Positions 10,288 through 19,550 of a DNA stretch of 64,000 nucleotides are shown here, in pieces. A model generated the notes under the pieces. The model was not told where the DNA came from. It did not search any database and saw only the letters and a program-made list of their open reading frames with translations. The DNA lies in NCBI GenBank assembly GCA_964521295.1, contig CAZFRF010000001.1, forward strand, positions 140,675-204,674, in the 5' to 3' direction. Both the position numbers and the translations under genes were made by a program. This stretch comes from an uncultured Gammaproteobacteria bacterium. GTDB lineage: Bacteria; Patescibacteriota; Microgenomatia; Levybacterales; UBA12049. Numbering within the stretch: the stretch's first letter is position 1; the number at the start of each line of letters is the position of its first letter.

Positions 10288-10632
10288 TTATTTAACAGAG
10301 GCAACTAATTTGGTGAAAGTTGCTGGATCGTTAGTTACTAAATCTGCGAGAATTTTTCTATCTAATTCAATTTTTTCTTTTTTAAGTTTTCCAATAAGTA
10401 CGCTGTATGATGTACCTTCTTTTTTAGCAGCTTCACCGATTCTTATTTGCCATAAGGATCTAATATTTCTCTTTTTTAATTTTCTACCATGAAATGCATA
10501 GGCACCAGCATGAAGACTTGCTTCATGTTGCATTTTTGTAAGTTTTGATTTAGTACCTCTATAGCCTTTGGTTAAGACTTTTAATTTATTATGTTTTCTT
10601 TTGGAAACTAATCCTCTTTTAACTCTTGCCAT
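10288..10632 (-). CDS. rplT: 50S ribosomal protein L20
   Basis: MARVKRG, KGYRG, LDRKILADL. Confidence 0.97.
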   Translation of the reverse strand: MARVKRGLVSKRKHNKLKVLTKGYRGTKSKLTKMQHEASLHAGAYAFHGRKLKKRNIRSLWQIRIGEAAKKEGTSYSVLIGKLKKEKIELDRKILADLVTNDPATFTKLVASVK

Positions 10633-10633
10633 A

Positions 10634-10831
10634 TTATAATTCTCCTAATAATTTCTTGATATTTCTACCAAATCTACCACCTAGAACTGCTGGCTCTTTT
10701 TGTCTTCTGATTCTAGATTTACTTTTGTTTTTCTTTTTATGACTGCCATATTGATGTTCAAACATTACCTTACCTTTTTTGGTAACTTTAAACCTCTTGG
10801 CTACTGATTTCTTGATTTTCATCTTTTTCAT
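10634..10831 (-). CDS. rpmI: 50S ribosomal protein L35
   Basis: KSVAKRFKVTKKGKV; infC-rpmI-rplT order. Confidence 0.93.
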   Translation of the reverse strand: MKKMKIKKSVAKRFKVTKKGKVMFEHQYGSHKKKNKSKSRIRRQKEPAVLGGRFGRNIKKLLGEL

Positions 10832-11372
10832 TTTGTTTTTTCCTTTCTGGTGAGATTAAAACTATTAATTTTCTGCCCTCTAGTCTTCTCTCTCTGTCTA
10901 CCTTCGATATATCCGAAAGCAAATCTAAAGCTTTATCCAAAGTTCTGTGTCCAAACTCAGGATGAGTAATTTGCCTTCCGCTAAAAGAAACGACTAATCT
11001 GACTTTATCTCCGTTTTGCAAAAACTCTCTTGCTCTACCTACCATTACTTGAAGATCATTGTCTCCCATAAATGGTCCTAGGCGAACTTCTTTGGTTTCA
11101 GTAGTTTTTGCATTTCTTTTCTCTTCTCTTTTTTTCTTTTCCTCTTGATACAAAAACTTCTTGAAATCAATTAATTTTGCTACCGGTGGCTTAGCCATTG
11201 GAGCTATCTCTACTAGATCAAGCTCTTGTTCTCTTGCCAAATTTAAAGCTTCAAATTTGGAGAGTACTCCGATTTGCTTTCCTTCTGAGTCCAAAACCCG
11301 AAGTTCAGTTGCAAAAATTCGTTCGTTAGTGCGATAAAATTTTCTATCGTCTTTTTTAAACTTTTTTATCAA
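10788..11372 (-). CDS. infC: Translation initiation factor IF-3 (non-ATG start, exact codon uncertain)
   Basis: NERI, LDLVEIAP, PPVAKLID, FSGRQ. Confidence 0.95.
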   Translation of the reverse strand: MIKKFKKDDRKFYRTNERIFATELRVLDSEGKQIGVLSKFEALNLAREQELDLVEIAPMAKPPVAKLIDFKKFLYQEEKKKREEKRNAKTTETKEVRLGPFMGDNDLQVMVGRAREFLQNGDKVRLVVSFSGRQITHPEFGHRTLDKALDLLSDISKVDRERRLEGRKLIVLISPERKKQNEKDENQEISSQEV

Positions 11373-12576
11373 TTTCGTCTTTTACCTTTGTTAAGAAATC
11401 TGAAATTTTCAGTACTCCTAAGTCTTTTCCATCTCTTAGCCTTAAAGAGACACTGTCATTTTCGACTTCCTTGCCTCCTATTATACCTAAAAATGGAATT
11501 TTTTGCAAAGTAGCGTTTTTAATCTTTTCTCTTAATGGGTCGCTAGAGCTATCTAAATATACTCTTACTCCCTGTTGGGTAAGATCTTGGCTAAGTTTTT
11601 TAGCAAATTCTAGTTGTGCGTCGGTAATTGGAAGTAAGGCTACTTGAGTTGGAGAGAGCCACAATGGGAAGTTTCCTTGATAGTGTTCAGTAAGAATTCC
11701 AATATATCTTTCAAAGCTACCTAGGATTGCTCTATGGATCATGACAGGCCTACCAAAGCTACCATCTTTTTGGACATATTTTAAGTCAAATGCTTCAGGC
11801 ATATGGAAATCTAGTTGAACTGTTGCAAGTTGCCATTCACGACCTAAGGAATCTTTAATATGAACATCAATTTTGGGTCCGTAAAATGCTCCATCTCCTT
11901 CTTTAAGGGAATATTTTAAGTTTTTCTTTTTTAAAGCTTCTTCTAAGTCTTTTTCAGCTTTTGTCCAGTTGTCCTCTGTGCCTGCGAAGAGCTCGGGTCT
12001 AGTGGCGAGTCTAAAATCAAATTCAAAACCGAATTTAGTATAGAATTCAATCATCATATCTAAAATATTGGAAACTTCTGAAAAAATATCATCTTCTGAA
12101 GCAAAGATATGGGCGTCATCCATGGTAATTTGTCTTACTCTTAAAAGTCCGTTTACTTCCCCACTCTTTTCTCTTCTGTGAAGCCTGCCGATTTCGGAAA
12201 GTCTTAAAGGAAGTTCTCTATATGATCTTGGTCTAAATCTATAGGCAATTGTTGCTTCAGGACAGTTCATTGGTTTTAGAGTATATAGCTCTCCTTTGGT
12301 ATCGTCTTCTGGATTATCCGATAGGTGCAGGTTGTACATGTTGTGTTCACCAAATTTAGTCCAGTGGCCTGATTCTTTAAACAGTTGGGATTTGATCATA
12401 ATAGGAGTTGAGATTTCTTGATAACCCGCTTTATCTAGTAAAAGTCTAATGTATTTTTCTAGCTCTTTAAAAATGATCATGCCTTTTGGAAGCCAGAAAG
12501 GAGCACCTGGTGCATATTCATGTGAGAAAAATAGTTCTAGTTCTTGGCCTAATTGTTTGTGATCTTTTAAATCCAT
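11356..12576 (-). CDS. thrS: Threonine--tRNA ligase, short form without N-terminal TGS/editing domains
   Basis: DHKQLG start, LKPMNCP, GLLRVR, AFYGPKID, HRAILGSFER. Confidence 0.96.
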   Translation of the reverse strand: MDLKDHKQLGQELELFFSHEYAPGAPFWLPKGMIIFKELEKYIRLLLDKAGYQEISTPIMIKSQLFKESGHWTKFGEHNMYNLHLSDNPEDDTKGELYTLKPMNCPEATIAYRFRPRSYRELPLRLSEIGRLHRREKSGEVNGLLRVRQITMDDAHIFASEDDIFSEVSNILDMMIEFYTKFGFEFDFRLATRPELFAGTEDNWTKAEKDLEEALKKKNLKYSLKEGDGAFYGPKIDVHIKDSLGREWQLATVQLDFHMPEAFDLKYVQKDGSFGRPVMIHRAILGSFERYIGILTEHYQGNFPLWLSPTQVALLPITDAQLEFAKKLSQDLTQQGVRVYLDSSSDPLREKIKNATLQKIPFLGIIGGKEVENDSVSLRLRDGKDLGVLKISDFLTKVKDEIDKKV

Positions 12577-12616
12577 GAGCGTATTTTATCAGCTTTTCTA
12601 AATTTTGTATACAAAG

Positions 12617-12844
12617 CTAGTGTTGAATAAGTTGTGGATTTTTAGCTATGACAAAATTTATTACATCAGCTATAAAATCACCTACGAAGGGTACTAAATT
12701 AATATTTCTTAAAATAAATCCTAAAAGCGTTACAATTACGGCAAGCCCAATGGTTGCACCTAGTGCCCAGGCAACTCCGCCAATGAAATTGTCAAGGAAA
12801 ATTTGCCCTCGTCTTTTTTTATGTACTGCTTCTTGTGGTTCCAT
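12617..12844 (-). CDS. Small membrane protein (DUF5665-like)
   Basis: NFIGGVAWALGATIG and PFVGDFI pattern. Confidence 0.7.
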   Translation of the reverse strand: MEPQEAVHKKRRGQIFLDNFIGGVAWALGATIGLAVIVTLLGFILRNINLVPFVGDFIADVINFVIAKNPQLIQH

Positions 12845-12926
12845 AGTTAAAGCATGAAGTAAAATTTAAATCTTGTCAAGTTATGGATTGACAGAAGCTT
12901 CTAGAATAAATATAATTCCATCCAAT

Positions 12927-13280
12927 ATGAGAAGACTTGAATTAGGTGCGTTAATATTAGGCACGAGTATTGCATCTGTGGCTGTAGGTGGAGTTGTTGT
13001 GAGTTTAAATGAAAGAATTCAACCAGAAAAGCAGCAAGGTTTGAGCACAGATGCTTCAATTCGTCCATCATTTGGTAATGATGCTCAAGTCCAACAACCT
13101 CCTCAGGTTACTATTGAGTACTTAACACGTTTAGATGGTGATGCGGGTCTTTCAAGATTAACTGATAGAGATAAGGGAAACGTTTGCTATGCAGTAGTTC
13201 TTAATGATGGAGCTGGAAGAAGCGGTGTTGCTATAGATTGTGTGAATGATCAAGTAGCACCAGTAGCTACTCCACGCTAA
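12927..13280 (+). CDS. Hypothetical protein with N-terminal hydrophobic segment
   Basis: ATG 12927 follows TATAAT; C-terminal D...GNVCY...IDCV. Confidence 0.65.
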   Translation: MRRLELGALILGTSIASVAVGGVVVSLNERIQPEKQQGLSTDASIRPSFGNDAQVQQPPQVTIEYLTRLDGDAGLSRLTDRDKGNVCYAVVLNDGAGRSGVAIDCVNDQVAPVATPR

Positions 13281-13284
13281 CTAA

Positions 13285-13854
13285 TTAAAGACCAAGATAA
13301 GGTGCAATTTGTTGCATTGAGGTTAAGGCAATTTGAATAAATTCATTTAAGGGGATATTTAACTTTTCTTCACACATTTTTATATTTTCTCTTTTTGCTC
13401 CTTTAGCAAAACTTTTTTCTTTAAACCTATTTAAAACAAAATTTAAATCAATGCTGGAGAGTTTTTTATCAGGACTTATTAATGCGCAAGCGACAATAAG
13501 GCCCGTTAGTTCATCAGAACAACAGATGCTCCAGTCAAGAAGTGATTGAGGTTCAACCTTGGTGTATTTATAATTGTGAGCCATGATTGCGTAAATGAGT
13601 GATTCATCAATTTTTCCACCTAATATGTCTTTGGCAAGAAGCCCATGTTTTTCTGGATGATCTTTGGATTTTTCATAGTCAATGTCGTGTAAAAGACCAA
13701 CAAGTCCCCATTCCTCTAATGCTTGGGCGTTGGGATTTTCATTTAAACGAAGATATAGCGCGCGCATTACTGCCTCAGCTGCGAACATATGTTTTATGAG
13801 ATTGGGGCTTTTAACATTATCTGTTAAAAGTTGATATGCTTCTTCCCTTGTCAT
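13285..13854 (-). CDS. HD/HDIG-domain phosphohydrolase
   Basis: LIKH, GLLHDIDYE, DELTGLI, KEKSFA. Confidence 0.85.
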   Translation of the reverse strand: MTREEAYQLLTDNVKSPNLIKHMFAAEAVMRALYLRLNENPNAQALEEWGLVGLLHDIDYEKSKDHPEKHGLLAKDILGGKIDESLIYAIMAHNYKYTKVEPQSLLDWSICCSDELTGLIVACALISPDKKLSSIDLNFVLNRFKEKSFAKGAKRENIKMCEEKLNIPLNEFIQIALTSMQQIAPYLGL

Positions 13855-13874
13855 TAATCTATTGTAGCAAATTG

Positions 13875-13948
13875 TGGGCCCTAGAAGAGTCGAACTTCTG
13901 ACCTTTACAATGTCAATGTAACGCTCTAACCAACTGAGCTAAGAGCCC
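13875..13948 (-). tRNA. tRNA-Val(GAC)
   Basis: Cloverleaf; anticodon arm TTACA-TTGACAT-TGTAA. Confidence 0.95.
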
Positions 13949-14054
13949 GTTTCTTTGCTAATTCTAACAAACTAAGTCTTTAAAGGCAATTTACGTTTTC
14001 TTACAAAATATTATAGGCTTGATATTAGCTTCAGTTTGTGCTAAAATGTTGCCA

Positions 14055-14582
14055 ATGATTAGATCTCCCGAAGGTTCACGTTGGGGACTTGTTGCACCTG
14101 AGACTCATGTAGATGCAGGCTTATCTGGCGTGGAAAATCATGAAAATTGTGTATTCTGTCGTATGATTGCGGGAAAACAAAAATCTCATCTATTTTTAAA
14201 TGAAAATGATGTTACAGGTTTAATTTCCTTAGAAGGTCATCCTCTATTTGTTCCAAATTATCATATTGAAAAATCTGATCTAGAAAAGGGGTCAGGTATT
14301 GTTGAGGTTGGTAGAGCATTTGAAGCAGCAGTTAGATTCGTACCAATAATTTTAGAAGCATATCATGCATCCTCTATTAATATTGTCGCTAATTTAGGTC
14401 GTGATGCTGGACAAGAGATTCCACATGTTCATGTTCATGCTGTACCTAGGTTTCCAGGTGACAATGGAATGAAAGTGGTTATTAGAGGAACACCTCCAAA
14501 ATCTTTACACGGTGCGGTAGCGGGTGCGATGAGTAATATATATAACGAATCAAAGAAACCAGCAAATTTTGAAGCCCTATAA
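14055..14582 (+). CDS. HIT-family nucleotide hydrolase
   Basis: CVFC and GQEIPHVHVHAVPR histidine triad; ATG 14055 follows TAAAAT. Confidence 0.88.
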   Translation: MIRSPEGSRWGLVAPETHVDAGLSGVENHENCVFCRMIAGKQKSHLFLNENDVTGLISLEGHPLFVPNYHIEKSDLEKGSGIVEVGRAFEAAVRFVPIILEAYHASSINIVANLGRDAGQEIPHVHVHAVPRFPGDNGMKVVIRGTPPKSLHGAVAGAMSNIYNESKKPANFEAL

Positions 14583-15500
14583 TTATTGAGGCTTTATGGC
14601 TGCAACTGGTATTCCTAATCTTCTTTTTCTATGACCTTTTGCTTCTGAAACATGTTGAACGCTGTATGCTAAGGCTTCTCTTTCAATCTGCCTCCATGTA
14701 CCTTGCGGATCATATAAGGGTATTGCTCCAGATGCAATATAGTTTCTCGCGCCATAATATTGTCCATTAGTTAATTTAGATCTGTCTTGAACCATAACTC
14801 CTGCATTTCCTGGATTGTGTTCTTGAGAATCAAGCCTAGGAACACAGGCTAATATTTCATCTTTTAATCTTTCTCTTTCAGGTCTGATACGAGTTAGTAG
14901 TTCATCTCTTTGTTCGTCAGTAATTCTGCCAACAACAGCTAAATCAATATTGCTTGGATCTGGATGATCTGGTCTTTTAACTAATCCTTTAGCAACTGAG
15001 CCAAAAAGTAATACAGCAACGTCATGTTGTGGATCAATTTCTCTCCATTGTTCAACAATGTGTGCAGCCAAACTTCCAGCTTGTCTAAGTAGCACTTCTC
15101 TTCTTTGATAATCGACGTCTTCCATATATCTTCTACCTGCCTCTGGTTTTGGATATCTTTTAGCTAAAATCGCACAATTTTTCATTATTGCGAGTCTTGC
15201 CTTTTCTTCTACTGGCCACAGATTTGCTTTTTCCTCAGTAGTGAATCTTGTTCCTTCTTGTTTGTGTTGTCTTGCTAAAGCCATTACTCTTGCGGTATGT
15301 TCAGGGGCAACAACTTTTATGCCAAACCTAGGTAGAGTTATTAAGTAATCAGGTTTAGTTGGCGTTTGGGTAGCGATTTGTTCAGTTGGGATAACTGTCG
15401 GTAAGCTAGTTTTTTTAGCCACTGTTTGATTTCCCATGAATTGGGCAGCAATCATATCTGGTGTGAATCCTGGTCTTGGTTTTAATTCAGATGTAATCAT
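14583..15500 (-). CDS. Pol-beta superfamily nucleotidyltransferase-domain protein, paralog 1
   Basis: VLLFGSVAKG...HPDPSNIDLAVVG. Confidence 0.75.
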   Translation of the reverse strand: MITSELKPRPGFTPDMIAAQFMGNQTVAKKTSLPTVIPTEQIATQTPTKPDYLITLPRFGIKVVAPEHTARVMALARQHKQEGTRFTTEEKANLWPVEEKARLAIMKNCAILAKRYPKPEAGRRYMEDVDYQRREVLLRQAGSLAAHIVEQWREIDPQHDVAVLLFGSVAKGLVKRPDHPDPSNIDLAVVGRITDEQRDELLTRIRPERERLKDEILACVPRLDSQEHNPGNAGVMVQDRSKLTNGQYYGARNYIASGAIPLYDPQGTWRQIEREALAYSVQHVSEAKGHRKRRLGIPVAAIKPQ

Positions 15501-15510
15501 ATTTTTAAAC

Positions 15511-15571
15511 AAAAAAAACCGCCTAGTATATTAGGCGGGTAAATTTTTGCAACGAATCCCCGCCGTTAGGC
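15511..15571 (-). promoter_or_regulatory. Attenuator B
   Basis: Transcript: GCC-TAAC-GGCGGGG...CCCGCCTA-ATATAC-TAGGCGG-T8. Confidence 0.75.
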
Positions 15572-15610
15572 GTTAATAAGATCTGCAAAATTTCTACAAA
15601 CTAATTTCAT
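15566..15610 (-). CDS. Leader peptide MKLVCRNFADLINA
   Basis: Behind TTGACA(15651-15646)-17-TACAAT(15628-15623); stop lies in the TAAC hairpin loop. Confidence 0.6.
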   Translation of the reverse strand: MKLVCRNFADLINA

Positions 15611-15677
15611 GTTAAGAAAGTAATTGTAGTACTAATCTATTAATGTGTCAAGTTTTGGGTTAATTTAGGAAGCTAAA

Positions 15678-16460
15678 TTAATTACGGCCTTTATGTGTGT
15701 GCGCTGCTCTTTTAGCCAGTAACCCTGCTTGATATTCAATGGCGCCTTTGTCTATTTCAGCCCAAATTCCCGCAGGATCATGTAGGGCATAAGCTCCTGA
15801 GGCAAGATAGACTCTAGCTTCGCCAAAATGATCTTTAGTTAAGACTTCAGGTTTTTGGACAAATACTCCTACATTTCCAGGTAGTGGATCTAATGTTTTG
15901 TCAACATTTGGACAAGTTGATCTGATTAATTCCCCCAAAGCTGTTCTTTCTTTGCGTATAGCATTTAAAAGTGCCGTGGTTGTTTCGGTTGTAAAGTTTC
16001 CAACAACAGCTAGATCAATGTTGCTTGGATCTGGGTGAAGTCTTGATTTAACAAGACCTGTTGCAACTGATCCAAACAATACAACCGCTATGTCTTTTTC
16101 AGGTTCAATATTCCTCCATTCTGAGGTGATATGATCAGACATTCTATCAGCCATATCTAAAAGTTCAATATGTCTTTCAGTGTCGATTTCATGCATAAAA
16201 CTTTCGCCGATTTGTCTTTCGGGATATCTACGGGCAGTGATTTTGCTACTTAACATTAATTGGATTCTTGCTTTTAATTCAGGCGTCCAAAGCAAAGGTC
16301 TTTGGCTTGGATCTAAAGGTGTATGAACTCTTTGTCCCTCAACAAGCGTAGTTCTTTGTCTAATTGACGATAAAACCTCACGTACAGGAGCAGGAGCAAC
16401 CACTCTTATTCCTGCATGTGGGTGCGTGATTCTTCTATCTAATTCAAATGTATTAATCAT
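15678..16460 (-). CDS. Pol-beta superfamily nucleotidyltransferase-domain protein, paralog 2
   Basis: VVLFGSVATG...HPDPSNIDLAVVG; alignable with 14583..15500. Confidence 0.75.
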   Translation of the reverse strand: MINTFELDRRITHPHAGIRVVAPAPVREVLSSIRQRTTLVEGQRVHTPLDPSQRPLLWTPELKARIQLMLSSKITARRYPERQIGESFMHEIDTERHIELLDMADRMSDHITSEWRNIEPEKDIAVVLFGSVATGLVKSRLHPDPSNIDLAVVGNFTTETTTALLNAIRKERTALGELIRSTCPNVDKTLDPLPGNVGVFVQKPEVLTKDHFGEARVYLASGAYALHDPAGIWAEIDKGAIEYQAGLLAKRAAHTHKGRN

Positions 16461-16465
16461 AAAAT

Positions 16466-16542
16466 AAAAAAACCTCCCAATTTGGGAGGTCTATTTGTTA
16501 TTTGCTAATTTTTAGTTACGCAAATAAACCTCCTTTAAGGAA
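16466..16542 (-). promoter_or_regulatory. Attenuator C
   Basis: TCCT-TAA-AGGAGGTTTATTTG can pair with CAAATAGACCTCC (13 bp), or terminator ACCTCCCA/TGGGAGG-T7 forms. Confidence 0.8.
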
Positions 16543-16578
16543 GTTATTCTTGCTCTTGAATTCAAATTTATAGTTCAT
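16516..16578 (-). CDS. Leader peptide MNYKFEFKSKNNFLKGGLFA
   Basis: ATG 7 nt after TATAAT (16591-16586); runs through the antiterminator arm. Confidence 0.62.
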   Translation of the reverse strand: MNYKFEFKSKNNFLKGGLFA

Positions 16579-16594
16579 AGTAGGTATTATAGTA

Positions 16595-17242
16595 TTATCC
16601 AACCTGTTGTGCAACTGCGCGCTCAGAAGACATGCTGTAGCTTGTTCCATGAGACTGGGCCAGGCTCCAAAAGTCTTTTTTGCCTTTTTTACCCGCTAAT
16701 GCTCCTAGCCAGCTTGCGCTAGATTCAATTCTAACTCTAGCGTTTTGAATAGTGGATAACATCCATTCAAAGAAGTTAAGGTGATATTTACCAGGTTTAA
16801 CTGCTTGAGTCATGGTTTCTCTAGTTACATCCTTAAAGGCTGATTCAAGTTCTTTGGAGGCTTGTCTCATTTTAACTAACTCTACTCTAATTTCTTCTAA
16901 TCTTTGGGATACTTCTCTGTTTTCCGCCTGAACTCTTCTAGCTTCTGCGTGGATAATTTCGCCAGCGTAATCTATTCCAGGCTCAACTTCAGCGCGTCTC
17001 TCTTTAGCTGCTTCTTTTCCAAAAGATACTTCTTGGCCTTCTTGAAGGTCTCCAGAGGCATGATGAGCAGCTTGTTGGGTCTCGGCTGCAAACTTATCCA
17101 AGCCTAAGATCTCACGCATAAGATCTTTTGAACCTTCTTTAATAAGGTCATTAGTAAAAGAGTGCGCAACATCACCAGCAAGTTCAAAACCTGCTTCAAG
17201 CTTATCTACTTCACGTAATATTTTAAATGGGTTTTTTGGCAT
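16595..17242 (-). CDS. Conserved Microgenomates-type protein (DUF5660-like)
   Basis: KPGKYHLNFFE...WL...KK...HGT...SER C-terminal pattern. Confidence 0.7.
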   Translation of the reverse strand: MPKNPFKILREVDKLEAGFELAGDVAHSFTNDLIKEGSKDLMREILGLDKFAAETQQAAHHASGDLQEGQEVSFGKEAAKERRAEVEPGIDYAGEIIHAEARRVQAENREVSQRLEEIRVELVKMRQASKELESAFKDVTRETMTQAVKPGKYHLNFFEWMLSTIQNARVRIESSASWLGALAGKKGKKDFWSLAQSHGTSYSMSSERAVAQQVG

Positions 17243-17262
17243 ATTTAACTAGTTTGGGTATA

Positions 17263-18096
17263 TCACAGGGACCTTAAGAAATCAAGCGTTTTTTGCTGCC
17301 TGATTATAGAAGCAAGGAGATATTTATTGGCTTCCAAATTTTGTCTTTCTGCGTCAGATTTAGCTGTTGCAATAGCTTCATTTACTTCTTTTTCTTCGGC
17401 AATAATATTTTCTTCTTTAGCAATTTGTTGCAAGATGAATTCAAGTTTTACATCTGTTTCAGCTTTTTTTGCAAATTCTGCCTTAAGGTTGTCAACTGTT
17501 CTACCAGTTGATGACAAGTATTGTTCTAAAGTTAAACCTAATTTTCTAATTTCATCTAAAGTTTGAGATAACAGTTTTTCAACTTCGCTTTCAATAATGA
17601 CTGCTGGAATAACTACATTTCCTTTTGTCATTAAGATCTTAGCAATTTCATCAAAGCTAACTGGTTGTTGGGTTTGTCCAGGAACGACTACTTTAGCTTT
17701 AGCATTTACAGCTTTGACTTCTTCTTTATATCCAGTAATTGTAATAACTGGCATTTCGCAAGTTAAGGCATGAAATTCCCAATCTGCATTGTCATCAATC
17801 TTAGAAATATTAATTCTAGGAGATACAATTGGTGTAATTTTATTAGCAGCAATAGCTTGGCTATATGCCTGAGGCAAAAGTCTTCTTAAAACGTCTTCTT
17901 TAATGTGGTCCTTAGAAAGACTTTGCTCAACCATATTTTTAGGAGCCATGCCTTTTCTAAAACCAGGAATTTCCGCATCTTTGACATGTTCAGCAATAAC
18001 TTGATCTTTAGTTTGTAAAACTAAAGTCCAAGGAACTGAGATTGTGAAATCTATTGTTCCGTCTTCTAATTTTTTAAATGTTGATTTAATATCCAT
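17263..18096 (-). CDS. tig: Trigger factor (lacks FKBP PPIase domain)
   Basis: IPGFRKGMAP signature; start at ATG 18096 because the longer ORF overlaps tRNA-Leu. Confidence 0.9.
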   Translation of the reverse strand: MDIKSTFKKLEDGTIDFTISVPWTLVLQTKDQVIAEHVKDAEIPGFRKGMAPKNMVEQSLSKDHIKEDVLRRLLPQAYSQAIAANKITPIVSPRINISKIDDNADWEFHALTCEMPVITITGYKEEVKAVNAKAKVVVPGQTQQPVSFDEIAKILMTKGNVVIPAVIIESEVEKLLSQTLDEIRKLGLTLEQYLSSTGRTVDNLKAEFAKKAETDVKLEFILQQIAKEENIIAEEKEVNEAIATAKSDAERQNLEANKYLLASIIRQQKTLDFLRSL

Positions 18097-18105
18097 ATTT
18101 ATTTG

Positions 18106-18189
18106 TGCGGACGAGAGGAGTTGAACCCCCACGCCTTTAAAGGGCACAAGGTCCTAAACCTTGCGTGTCTGCCATTTCACCACGTCCGC
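18106..18189 (-). tRNA. tRNA-Leu(TAG)
   Basis: Type II cloverleaf; CAAGG-TTTAGGA-CCTTG. Confidence 0.95.
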
Positions 18190-18240
18190 TTGCAAATACA
18201 CGTGTCCTGCCCCCTAGTGACAGCGCTTATTATATCCTAT

Positions 18241-18798
18241 TTATAGGGAAAGCGAAAGTGTGTTTTTAGTATCGTTTAAAGCAAATTCGTTAATTCTATT
18301 CATATAGAAGGTAACGTGATCAGCCCAGACTGGAGATGAAGCATAAATACGGCCTATCTCATAGACATCTTTTGCTCCCCAAGTGTTCATGTACTTTGAT
18401 CTAATACCCTCAGATATAGTATGAATACCTTCACTCCATGAAGCAAAGTTAATAACATTGTCTCCATATACTCCCCAACCCCATCCATTATATGAATTAT
18501 AAGGAATAGCTTTACCAAAGGTAGATTCAGTACCTGCAATAGCTGCAACTAATTTCCAATCTAAGTTATATTTATCAGCTTCAGATACGAAATCCTGAGC
18601 AAATGGTGCTAAAGGAGAATCATACTTTTCTAAGAAAGCTTTAAGTGTTTTTACACGAAAGTCTCCTCCCGTATTGTAATCAACGGCAGTTGAGATAATT
18701 TTTGCAGAGGATGCTGAGGCTTTTTGCTGCGAATATGCTTTTTGAGGAATAATGATTATAATTGCAGCAATTAATACTGGCAATATCTTATTCTTCAT
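18241..18798 (-). CDS. Secreted lysozyme-fold (glucosaminidase/SLT-like) protein
   Basis: Signal peptide; AIAGTESTFG...YNGWGWG. Confidence 0.7.
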   Translation of the reverse strand: MKNKILPVLIAAIIIIIPQKAYSQQKASASSAKIISTAVDYNTGGDFRVKTLKAFLEKYDSPLAPFAQDFVSEADKYNLDWKLVAAIAGTESTFGKAIPYNSYNGWGWGVYGDNVINFASWSEGIHTISEGIRSKYMNTWGAKDVYEIGRIYASSPVWADHVTFYMNRINEFALNDTKNTLSLSL

Positions 18799-18821
18799 AT
18801 GTATTTAGGGCAATTTGCCCA

Positions 18822-18866
18822 TAAAAAAATCCTAACGTATGTATTTGGAAGGACATACCTTAGGAT
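18822..18866 (-). terminator. Terminator-like hairpin directly downstream of a consensus promoter
   Basis: ATCCTAAGGTATGT-CCTTCCAAAT-ACATACGTTAGGAT followed by a T run; TTGACA(18904-18899)-17-TATACT(18881-18876) just upstream. Confidence 0.7.
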
Positions 18867-18912
18867 CTAGTACGAAGTATATCAGATAACTATAGGTTTG
18901 TCAAGAGGGTAA

Positions 18913-19515
18913 CTATAGGTCTGTGTCTTTATAATCGAGCCTATCCATATAGACTGCGATCCATTTTGCCCAGCTGCCATTAACACTTACTGGGTTATAT
19001 TTACTCATTAATTCTTCTGGGGTTTCTAGGCCTTTAGCTATATACTGAGTTGCCAATGTTTTGGTTACAACATCGATGGCTTGATTAAAGCTATCAAAGC
19101 TGGTAACTTTTTTCCCATAAATTCCAAATCCCCAACAATTATGAGTATCTTTATATTTTTTAGGGAGATTTTTACATAAAGTTGATTCTTGCATAGCTAT
19201 GGCAGGGATTAATCTGTAATCAATATCATATTTATCAGCAGCTTTAACAATTTCTCCGGCATATGGTAAAAGCGGTGATTTATGTAAAGAAAGAAAATCT
19301 TGTATTGAGCTTACTCTTGCATCTACTATTTCTGGCTTAAGAATAGTCTCTTGTCCTCCGCTAGGAAGTGCAGCGTAGGCAACTTTTGGTGTTTGATTAA
19401 GGGAAAATAGCACATCACTTCCCTGACGATAGATAAAAGAAAGAAAAAGAAGGCTAAGAATAAGGGTTGTGGGGGTTAAAAAGAAAAAGAGACTGAGCAG
19501 TAATATCTTTTTCAT
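18913..19515 (-). CDS. Membrane-anchored lysozyme-fold (glucosaminidase/SLT-like) protein
   Basis: AIAMQESTLC...HNCWGFG; paralog of 18241..18798; start MKKILL. Confidence 0.7.
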   Translation of the reverse strand: MKKILLLSLFFFLTPTTLILSLLFLSFIYRQGSDVLFSLNQTPKVAYAALPSGGQETILKPEIVDARVSSIQDFLSLHKSPLLPYAGEIVKAADKYDIDYRLIPAIAMQESTLCKNLPKKYKDTHNCWGFGIYGKKVTSFDSFNQAIDVVTKTLATQYIAKGLETPEELMSKYNPVSVNGSWAKWIAVYMDRLDYKDTDL

Positions 19516-19550
19516 AATACCAGTTATATTTACAGATTTAGAGCTTAAAG

